Positions 20,851-30,268 of a stretch of DNA of 47,786 bases are shown piece after piece. Location of the stretch: contig JAUCBJ010002009.1 of NCBI GenBank assembly GCA_032718475.1, forward strand, positions 1 to 47,786. Direction: 5' to 3'. Numbering within the stretch: the first letter of the stretch is position 1; each line of letters starts with the position of its first letter. The stretch comes from Nemertoderma westbladi (Eukaryota > Animalia > Xenacoelomorpha). The notes beneath the pieces were generated by a model. It saw only the letters and a program-made list of their open reading frames with translations, searched no databases and had not been told where the DNA came from. A program made the translations under genes and the position numbers.

Positions 20851-22935
20851 TTAGGAACCGAGAGGTTCATTACTGTAAGAATTGTTGGCTGATTGATTGA
20901 CTGGCTGGCTGGCTAATCTATAGCCAAAACTACTCTAACGATTTTGATGAAATTTTCACAGCGGCTGGATACCGCGATTCTAAGGTCCCTGATATGTTCC
21001 GCTATTTCGTCCATGAGCCGTGGGCTCGAAAAATAGACATAAACGAAAAAACGCCATAGGCGCAATGGTAAAATATCACCAATAACAGCTGGTGTCGTGA
21101 TGAAAAATGGCTTACGTAATGGATTTCTACACAAGGCTTAGTATAAATCGATGAGGTTGCCAAGATTATTCACTTAGTACACCAATACTGTTTGTTTAGG
21201 CCTTAGGACACTCTGTTAACTGGTTGGTTTAGTTTGAAATCTATTATTGCCTCAGCTGAATTACTCTTCCCAATGCGCACTCTATGGGAATATCTCCCTC
21301 TGCTAATGTAAGCTGAATGACTTAAGTACACAGTGAGTTGGCTACATTAATGTCAACATTTTTGCAAAATGTTTTATTGTTGGACTCTCTGTCAGTCTCC
21401 CCTTCAGAACATTGTATAGGGAATATACTTTAGTTTACTCTACTGTGCCATTCAGCTGAATGGATTTGAGCGATTGCCAAGTAACAGAGTTGGATCATTC
21501 TCTGACCATAGGCAAAGACAGCAAATCTTTTTAAAAAGATACTTTTTCCATGTTTTTTTTCTGACCAAAAATTTCAAAAAGATTTTTTCATAGCCAGTAC
21601 TGTCAATCGATTTGCCATCAAAAATAACGCAAAAAATTTTTTTTGCAAAATTTTAAATTACTGTAAATTTTTGGCGACTGGGGGGGGTCAATTTTTTTCG
21701 ATCCGCTATAACTCCGGAACGCTTTGTCCAAATTCGATGGGGTTTTTATTTTTCAACTTAATTCGATGTCCTCTTTCAGCCTATCCATGTTTCGAAACCC
21801 CAAACAGCGCCGTTCAAAAATTAATTTTTTCTAGTTCTAGAATTTTACAAATTTCAAAAAAGTTGCAGTATTTTATTAACGCCTTTACGGAATTCGATAG
21901 CGTTTTCGATTTTTATATTAAACGCAATATCCTGAATCTCACTAGCCTAGTTTCGCGTCACCAATGCCAAGACTTCATACTTTTTGAGGAACATTTTTCT
22001 AGAATAATTTATTAATAATTATTGTATGAAATATACTTTAGTTTACTCTACTGTGCCATTCAGCTGAATGGATTTGAGCGATTGCCAAGTACAGAGTTGG
22101 ATCATTCTCTGACCATAGGCAAAGACATCAAATCTTTTTAAAAATATACTTTTTCGATGTTTTTTTTTCTGACCAAAAATTAAAAAAAAAATTTTTCGTA
22201 GCCAGTACTGCCAATCGATTCGCCATCAAAAATAACGCAAAAAATTTTTTTTACAAAATTTTAAATTACTGTAAATTTTTGGCGACTGGGGGGGGTCAAT
22301 TTTTTTCGATCCGCTATAACTCCGGAACGCTTTGTCCAAATTCGATGGGGTTTTCATTTTTCAACTTAATTCGATGTCCTCTTTCAGCCTATCCATGTTT
22401 CGAAACCCCAAACAGCGCCGTCCAAAAATTATTTTTTTCTAGTTCTAGAATTTTACAAATTTCAAAAAAGTTGCAGTATTTTATTAACGCCTTTACGGAA
22501 TTCGATAGCGTTTTCGATTTTTATATTAAACGCAATATCCTGAATCTCACTAGCCTAGTTTCGCGTCACCAATGCCAAGATTTCATATTTTTTGAGGAAA
22601 ATTTTTCTAGAATAATTTTTATTTAATTACATTTATAGCGATTTCTTATTACTGATTGCACATGAATTGATGGAGTTTTCAATTTATTAACTAAACACGA
22701 TATCGCGCATCGCACCAGCGTGGTTTCGAAATTCTAAAACGAGGTCTTCACTAGTTGCAGGTCGATTTTGTTCTAGAATTGAGAAACTAATAATAGATCG
22801 AATTTATTAATAATTATTGTATGAAATATGATTGTATTTTTAGATAATTATTAGTTCTATACTAATTCTCGGTGTCTCTTTTATTTAATAAAATAAAAAG
22901 TCGGTTCCTTATCGGGCCGCTAGGCCCGTCACTAG
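20851..22935 (+). mobile_element. Non-autonomous Helentron/Helitron2-type element (HINE/DINE-1-like), copy A
   Basis: Subterminal IRs AGGAACCGA (20853) and TCGGTTCCT (22901); 5' mini-hairpin GAACC-GAGA-GGTTC; TGAT/TGGC microsatellite; CTCTAACGATTTTGATGAAATTTT core; 3' stem-loop CGGGCC-GCTA-GGCCCG followed by CTAG. Confidence 0.75.
21422..22618 (+). repeat. Direct tandem duplication with about 608-bp period inside HINE copy A
   Basis: 21422-~22014 and 22030-~22618 are near identical. The spurious ORFs at 21671 and 22279 are offset by 608 bp. Confidence 0.95.
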
Positions 22936-24046
22936 TTAGCAAGTCGTTAGACTTGATTACTGTAAGAAAAAAAAGCTACTGCTACTGGCTACTGGCTACT
23001 GGCTACTGACTACTGACCTAGAGCAAAAACGGCTCTAACGATTTTGATGAAATTTTGCATGGACCATGAAAATGGATTTCTAAGGGTACTTGTGAAATCG
23101 CGGTTTAAATTGAAACATCTCAACTTGTTTTATTTCGAAAAATAGCCCCAAAACACTAAAATTGCCATAGGCGCAATGATAAAACACCAGCTGGCACTCA
23201 TGAAAAATGTATAGAGATGGCCTGGTAATGCATTCAATAGGAAGGGCAACTAACAAAGAAGTACTTTGTGTGCCAAGTTTTATTATCACTCTATTCTACA
23301 ACCCAGACAGTAATCAAACAAAACATTAACTGGTTTAGCTGGCTATTACAGTCTCAGCTGAATAACTCTTCCCAATGCATCCTTGCTATGTTAATTAATT
23401 GGCGTGCAAGCTAAATGACTGTTAGTTAAACAGTGTGTTGGCTACACAGTGTATTGTACTGTGCTCTCATCGCATTATTGTTTTATTTTGAAATCTTTGT
23501 GCCAACATTAATACTGTGGAGGGTGTATGCTTATAAGGCTGAATGTTTACTCAGCCTCATAATGATTCTCCATAAGGCTAACATTATAGTTTGAAATATA
23601 AAAATCTGTTATAATAATAATATAAATGTTGTAAATTGTTAATCGCGGTTTACATTGAAACATCTCAACCTGTTTTATTTATTACAAAAATAAGAACGAA
23701 TTTGTCTTATCACTTCTTTTGCGCGATTGTATATTGAATTCATGGCAACTGCTGTTATTATTATTAAACAACGACTCGACTACTCTAACTCTCTGACTAC
23801 TCTATCCTATAGAACAAAATAATCATTTCGCTAACTGCTCTCTCTATCTTCTACAATCACAACAGCTTTTATAATTCATTAGATGATTACAACATAATAA
23901 TTATAGTTCGAAGTTGTCTAGAAAATTTCTCGTACACCACCAGGACTACCCTCACACTAATTGATTATCAGACAGAACAAAAAGCTTTTACTTGAATCGT
24001 ACTGTCTCCTACGACTTGCTTCACGGGCCGCTAGGCCCGTCTCTAG
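22936..24046 (+). mobile_element. Non-autonomous Helentron/Helitron2-type element, copy B (related family)
   Basis: Subterminal IRs AGCAAGTCGT (22938) and ACGACTTGCT (24011); 5' hairpin CAAGTC-GTTA-GACTTG; (GCTACTG)n microsatellite; same core as copy A; 3' stem-loop ACGGGCC-GCTA-GGCCCGT followed by CTAG. Confidence 0.75.
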
Positions 24047-24128
24047 TAGGTAAAAGGGGCGAACCATAACTCTCTGGTTGATATTGAGGAATGGTGTAGT
24101 GTAAGTTTAGATTGGAATGTTGATTTTC

Positions 24129-24391
24129 GAGACGGGGGGGGGGGGGGGGGGGGGACTGTACGCAAATCCCGCATTGACGAATTAATATCCCGCCTCAATG
24201 TTAAATTCTCAATTTAGGGAAAGGAGCAGGCTACAGTGGCATGTTACCCTAACCAAAATAATGAACTAAGCACAATAGAACAGGTTGCAGTTTTATTTTT
24301 GAGAATAATCAGCTGTTATTTGCGTCGAATTTCCCCTGGAGACGAATGGATTTTTATTGCGTCCAGTTCCCCCCCCCCCCTCGCCCATCTG
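24129..24391 (+). mobile_element. MITE with poly-G/poly-C terminal inverted repeats and 8-bp TSD
   Basis: GAGAC-G(n)-ACTGTACGCAA ... TTGCGTCCAGT-C(n)-ATCTG, flanked by direct repeat TGATTTTC (24121-24128 and 24392-24399). Further copies at 46785 and 47187. Confidence 0.85.
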
Positions 24392-25420
24392 TGATTTTCA
24401 AGTCTCATAGAAAAGAGCCTCAATAAATAAAGTTGCCTAATTCTTTACTTCTTTAAATGCAACATATTCTTTGCTCATAAATTGGGTTACAAATATGTTA
24501 TATTCCCATAACCGACGTTGGTATATTGCCCACACAACTAGGCTACATATTGCACAATGGAAGTTTTCCGTGTGGATTAATGAGGCTACTTCCCCCTGCT
24601 TATGTAATGGGTTTGGTACCGACCAAACCAATTATTGCTTTCTTGGGTTGCCAACTTTGCATTGGCTTCCCTCCTGCTGACCGCTTTCCTAAATTGATTA
24701 AAAACCCTTAGTAGCATTTGGGCGCTACCGTAACACTCCCCCCAAGTTATTTTCCGGGTGTTTTCCTCGGAAATAACATGTTAAACGATGGTTCAACGCC
24801 CTCATGGCCTTTAATACCTATTGTGGACTATGAGTGGGGTGGTTTATCTTTTAGGTACCAGACTGCCAGTCTGTGTCTTTTATTGGATCCTATGATCTCT
24901 CTCATTATGATACCCGCGTCAAACAGTATCATAAGGTTGTGTAGAGCCTACTCGCATCCTCCTCACATTGATAATTTTGTGGTGCTTTCAGATTTTGCCC
25001 AAATCTCCGCACTAACTCACCTCATCCCGATTTCCAGGCCTAAGAAACTTTTCATTCTGCCCACTACACATCACTCTCCCGTTACTCCGCTAGGCATATA
25101 AAGTACCACTTTATCTTATTCGTACACTTACACTCTTTCCCATTCTCACACACCCCTCTTGAAACTTCACTTTCTCACTCTCCCCCCGTCCACATATTCT
25201 CTACCCTCATATCCTCCCCCGTTCGTCTGTTATCCTTCCACACCAAATTTGCATTGCGCGCGTTAAAGTTATAAATATTAATTTGTCGCGTGTTTCGTCA
25301 AACCTAGATGTTAATTGGTCATAGTCATTGGTTCGTCATTGTCTTCTCAGTATCTAATTGTATATACCCTCAGTTCAAATTTTCAAATTGTTATTTCTTT
25401 ATTTCATCAAGAGCAGAATT

Positions 25421-26068
25421 TAATAAGGATTACAAATCTGAAAACCGCTTAGTGAGACCTCTTTCAGTTCTCGAGTTATCACTGTTTTTACGTATGACAG
25501 TCTGTCCGTCAAATTGTAAGAAAGACATAAGACTGACAGACAGACAGATATACTTGATTCCACCAAACATTAAAACTGTCATAAGAAATGAAATCAGCGA
25601 CAACGAAAACCCCGTAATCAACATTTTAGCTCATTGTTGTGCATACTTCGTTCCAGAAATATTTAACCAACCAGAATGCAGACAGCCAATATTGGCGCGA
25701 ACTTTGAAGGACATTTTCTCAGAATGACATTTCAAATTACTATTCCACCGTCATTATTCAACCAATATTCTTCGTTTATGGCTCATTCGAACGAACGAGC
25801 TTTGGAAACTGTTTAAAAGTAATCTTATGGAATTTTGATAAACATTACAATTTTTTGTAATTAGCCAATTTTAATAAAAAATATGATAATTAATTAATTA
25901 AAATAAAAATGGCTAATTAAAAATTAAATAAGATAACTTTTGTAGAGTTGATCACGCTGAGTCCAAAAAAGAAATTGTTTTCAAGAAATTTGGACCAAGA
26001 TTGAGGGACTATTAACAATTTTAGTGAAATCTTTAATTCCGCCGCCGGCCGCTAGGCGGAGGCTATAA
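25421..26068 (+). mobile_element. Possible third, more degraded Helentron-type element
   Basis: GC-rich 3' hairpin CCGCC...GGCCGCTAGGCGG at ~26039-26059 shares GGCCGCTAGGC with the HINE ends; GTCTGTCCGTC and (GACA)n microsatellites near 25500-25548. Boundaries are weakly supported. Confidence 0.35.
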
Positions 26069-26453
26069 ATTTAAAAATTGTACTACTGTATAAAGGCTAT
26101 TTGGCCTTCCATACAGTAGTGGTTGGCCTTGACAAAATAGCAATATTATAATTTAACTCTAAGTGACAGCCATATCAAAAAAAGGTTCATGGGGGGAGGG
26201 GGGGGGGGGGGGGGGGGGGGGGTGTACCCCTCCCCTGAATAAATAATTCAAAATATAAATTGAGTTACAATTGAAATTTTCTCCAAATTTATATCGAAGC
26301 TACCGCTTCATCAATAACTTTAAACAAGAGAAAAATTGAAATGGAACGTGTTCTTCAGGTTTTCGTTTAATTTTTAGATTAATTTACGTTTAATTTCGTT
26401 TAATTTAGACAAATAAATATTCGCGAAAATAACTTTAAATTAGTCATATAATC

Positions 26454-26693
26454 TTATGATGACAAAACTAATTGTGAGTCATCCCTACTTGGGGCCTCTA
26501 TAGGCGGCAGTGGGGGGTAACCAGTTAATTCAGCCTGTCGAGCAATGTCCTCATCCTTGCTGATAAATAGAACACCTGCATCTTTATTGGCTATTTCTCC
26601 AGCTAATCGGCGTGGGGGTGGGAATCGTGTTAGGTCACTGGAGGATTTACTGACTTTGGCGCCGTTCATTAAAGCAAACAAGTGTCTCAGCAC
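26454..26693 (-). CDS. BBOF1: BBOF1/CCDC176 exon 9 (last coding exon)
   Basis: attatag|GTG acceptor; VLRHLFALMNG matches the BBOF1 motif VLRLLFAKMNG; stop at 26454. Confidence 0.9.
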   Translation of the reverse strand: MLRHLFALMNGAKVSKSSSDLTRFPPPRRLAGEIANKDAGVLFISKDEDIARQAELTGYPPLPPIEAPSRDDSQLVLSS

Positions 26694-26849
26694 CTATAAT
26701 AAATTTAAATTATTAATAAGGCAATTGTGTGGAATAAATCAATATATATTTTCCCCGTGACTTGAGCTCGGAAATATGTTTCGCAATGTAACTCTCCCAT
26801 TTGCAAAGTTCATACACAATTGTATATGTAACAGTCGTCGACTACCTAC

Positions 26850-27035
26850 CTTTTCTTTCTGTTCCCATGTCAGGTCGCCAATATCGACATTCTCTACAAC
26901 ATCCTGCCAATCAGTTGCGGCGGCGATATCGTCTTCCACGCTGTTTGTCGAGGCTTCCATACCCTCGTGGAATGTCCGCACCAGCGGGTAGTCGCCTTTA
27001 CCTGAGTGCGCCATCAGCATTTTATCTCTGTACGC
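26850..27035 (-). CDS. BBOF1: BBOF1 exon 8
   Basis: gttag|GCG ... AAG|gtaggt; YPLVRTF, STNSV and NVDIGDLTWEQKEK are BBOF1 signature motifs. Confidence 0.93.
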
Positions 27036-27160
27036 CTAACAAATAATAGATATACAGCTGCTCTAAGTAAATACGGACAAATGAGCCAATTAAAAGTGAA
27101 GAGTAAAATACTTCAATAATCCTCACAGTAAATACAAACCACAATAAATCGCATTCTAAC

Positions 27161-27340
27161 CCTTTCGGCATCCTTTTTATACTGTTGCTTGTTTCGTTTA
27201 ATCTGATCTCTCACGTACTCTAACGAGTCAACGAAGAACTTCTCAACCTCAGTTCTCTGTTCTAGAATATTCCGAGCGAGGCGTTTTATTTTCTTGCCTT
27301 CCTTGTCTTTTAATTCTAACATTTTTTTATATTTTCCGGC
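27161..27340 (-). CDS. BBOF1: BBOF1 exon 7
   Basis: ttttcag|GCC ... AGG|gttaga; AGKYKKMLELKDKE...LARNILEQRTEVEKFF. Confidence 0.92.
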
Positions 27341-27414
27341 CTGAAAAAATAAATTGTTCTACATTTACCGTTAAGGACCTAATTGTCAAAAAACGGACGA
27401 CAATTACTGAATAT

Positions 27415-28874
27415 ATTTTCACTCTCACCTCCCCTGATGCACCAACTGTGACAATCTACGGTTTACACTCTATCCTCCTCTGATACTCGAACTATGTCTA
27501 TCTTCACTCTTACGGTAACTCCTCAGTAGCTCCCACTGTGTCTCTCTTCAATCTTACCTCCTCTGTAGCTCCCACTGTGTCTCTCTTCACTCTTACCTCC
27601 TCAGTAGCTCCCACTGTGTCTCTCTTCACTCTTACCTCCTCAGTAGCTCACACTGTGTCTCTCTTCACTATTACCTCCTATGTAGCTCCCACTGTGTCTC
27701 TCTTCACTCTTACCTCCTCAGTAGCTCCCACTGTGTCTCTCTTCACTCCTACCGCCTCAGTAGCTCCCACTGTGTCTCTCTTCACTCTTACCTCCTCAGT
27801 AGCTCACACTGTGTCTCTCTTCACTATTACCTCCTATGTAGCTCCCACTGTGTCTCTCTTCAATCTTACCTCCTCAGTAGCTCCCACTGTGTCTCTCTTC
27901 ACTCTTACCTCCTCAGTAGCTCCCACTGTGTCTCTCTTCACTCTTACCTCCTCAGTAGCTCACACTGTGTCTCTCTTCACTATTACCTCCTATGTAGCTC
28001 CCACTGTGTCTCTCTTCAATCTTACCTCCTCAGTAGCTCCCACTGTGTCTCTCTTCACTCTTACCTCCTCAGTAGCTCCCACTGTGTCTCTCTTCACTCT
28101 TACCTCCTATGTAGCTCCCACTGTGTCTCTCTTCACTATTACCTCCTATGTAGCTCCCACTGTGTCTCTCTTCACTATTACCTCCTCAGTAGCTCCCACT
28201 GTGTCTCTCTTCACTATTACCTCCTCAGTAGCTCCCACTGTGTCTCTCTTCACTATTACCTCCTCAGTAGCTCACACTGTGTCTCTCTTCACTCTTACCT
28301 CCTCAGTAGCTCCCACTGTGACTCTCTTCACTCTTACCACCTCAGTAGCTCCCACTGTGTCTCTCTTCACTCTTACCTCCTATGTAGCTCCCACTGTGTC
28401 TCTCTTCAATCTTACCTCCTATGTAGCTCCCACTGTGTCTCTATTCACTATTACCTCCTATGTAGCTCCCACTGTGTCTCTCTTCACTATTACCTCCTCA
28501 GTAGCTCCCACTGTGTCTCTCTTCACTCTTACCTCCTCAGTAGCTCCCACTGTGTCTCTCTTCACTCTTACCTCCTCAGTAGCTCCCACTGTGTCTCTCT
28601 TCAATCTTACCTCCTCAGTAGCTCCCACTGTGTCCCTCTTCACTCTTACCGCCTCAGTAGCTCCCACTGTGTCCCTCTTCACTCTTACCTCCTCAGTAGC
28701 TCCCACTGTGTCTCTCTTCACTCCTACCGCCTCAGTAGCTCCCACTGTGTCTCTCTTCACTCTTACCTCCTCTGTAGCTCCCACTGTGTCTCTCTCCACT
28801 CTTACCTCCTCTGTAGCTCCCACTGTGTCTCTCTTCACTATTACCTCCTCTGTAGCTCCCACTGTGTCTCTCTT
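27415..28874. repeat. 39-bp minisatellite, distal arm (about 35 units plus 2 degenerate relic units) in BBOF1 intron 6
   Basis: Unit CACTCTTACCTCCTCAGTAGCTCCCACTGTGTCTCTCTT; degenerate copies at ~27415-27520. Confidence 0.97.
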
Positions 28875-30268
28875 AACACCTAACACTCTATGGTTCTTTT
28901 CGGGGAATCTCATTGATCTCGATTGCTGCTAAGCTATACAATAGGATTCTATTCAATCGCATCAGGGATCCCATTGAGAGACTGCTCCGTGGAAATCAGA
29001 ATGGGTTCCGTAAAGGTCGTGGGACCATAGAGCCCATTTTGGCACTTAAAAGGATAATTGAAGAGTTATCAAAAAAGAAAGACAGGCATCTGGCTGTTAT
29101 CTTTGTTGACTTCTTCAAGGCCTTTGATTCAGTCTCTCGCTCACGTATGTTCAGCATACTTTCATTATATGGGATTCCAGATGAACTTATTGCAGCAATC
29201 AGATCAGTATACGATGGTTCGACAACATTTGTGTCTACTGTTGATGGTGACACAGGACCATTTGAAGTGTTATGGGGCGTCCTCCAAGGAGACACACTTG
29301 CACCATTCTTGTTCATTATTGTGGTTGACTATGTTCTACGCATGTCCTTAGATCATTATAATGATGATGGGGTGATGATAACTCCACCTACTGGCTCCAG
29401 AAGTCGAGGAAATCCTGCCAAGTACCTAACTGATCTAGACTTTGCTGATGACTTAGGAGTACTCTCAGAATCATTAGAGGGAGCCCAACGGCTCTTCAGC
29501 TCATTAGAACATGCTGCTTCTAGTGTTGGTCTTTTTATTAACTCCAGAAAGACCAAAATTCTGACAGTTAACTTTGAAAGTCCTCAGCAAGTCTCTGATC
29601 GGATGAGCATAAGCTCAAAGGATGGTATGCTTGAGCATGTGGACGACTTCTGTTACCTGGGATCATGGATCCGGAAGTCAGGTGAGGACCTTCGAATACG
29701 TAAGGGAAAGGCATGGGCAGCCTTGAATAGGCTTTCCAGGATTTGGAAGTCACCGAGAATTAATCGGAAACTTAAGGTCCGATTATTTAGAGCAGCAGTA
29801 GTTCCAGTACTCCTCTACGGGAGTCCATGCTGGGCTCTAACTGCTGAGGACACCAAATCTCTGGATGGCACATTCACAAGAATGCTACGCCGGGTTCATT
29901 GTGTCAAGTACAATGCACACATCTCCAACCAGACACTATATAACATTGGAGGTGTCTCATTGGTTCCCCCAAGCTTGACACTAGAACAAAATCGCCTCCG
30001 CTTTGCAGGACATTGCTTTCGCCGGGAGGACCAGCCAGTGCATAATCTTGTACTTTGGCAGCCTCATGGAGTGAATAAGCATGGTGGACCGCCCATGACT
30101 TTCTTGAGACGCATCTTAAAGGACACTGGCCTTAAAGATGCGGATAATCTAGCAAATGTCATGGGTGATAGGGAGTTGTGGTGGTGCAATTTTGTTGACA
30201 AGCCGGCACAGCATTCTTAAAAATGCAGCTGCAATGCAGCATGCCGATCCTAGTAGTAGTAGTAGTAG
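28875..30268 (+). mobile_element. 5'-truncated RTE-clade-like LINE inserted in the minisatellite, antisense to BBOF1
   Basis: RT ORF, short 3' UTR and (TAG)6 tail at 30251-30268; TSD TGTCTCTCTT at 28865-28874 and 30269-30278. Confidence 0.93.
28877..30220 (+). CDS. Reverse transcriptase (5'-truncated ORF, no endonuclease domain, no true start codon)
   Basis: FRGISL, QNGFRKGR, FVDFFKAFDSV, GVLQGDTLAPFLF, DLDFADD, FCYLGS, RLRFAGHCFR; frame is uninterrupted from the truncation point. Confidence 0.9.
   Translation, partial: HLTLYGSFRGISLISIAAKLYNRILFNRIRDPIERLLRGNQNGFRKGRGTIEPILALKRIIEELSKKKDRHLAVIFVDFFKAFDSVSRSRMFSILSLYGIPDELIAAIRSVYDGSTTFVSTVDGDTGPFEVLWGVLQGDTLAPFLFIIVVDYVLRMSLDHYNDDGVMITPPTGSRSRGNPAKYLTDLDFADDLGVLSESLEGAQRLFSSLEHAASSVGLFINSRKTKILTVNFESPQQVSDRMSISSKDGMLEHVDDFCYLGSWIRKSGEDLRIRKGKAWAALNRLSRIWKSPRINRKLKVRLFRAAVVPVLLYGSPCWALTAEDTKSLDGTFTRMLRRVHCVKYNAHISNQTLYNIGGVSLVPPSLTLEQNRLRFAGHCFRREDQPVHNLVLWQPHGVNKHGGPPMTFLRRILKDTGLKDADNLANVMGDRELWWCNFVDKPAQHS

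Noticed and set aside
21671-22626. Duplicated 114/115-aa ORFs as a gene pair
   Set aside because: TTG starts, low-complexity F/I/K-rich composition, and location inside a non-autonomous element duplication.
24430-25250. Degraded L1/Tx1-like LINE 3' end on the minus strand
   Set aside because: Only faint hints (VVWAIYQRR, Cys-containing stretch) with many stops; cannot be supported without a profile search.
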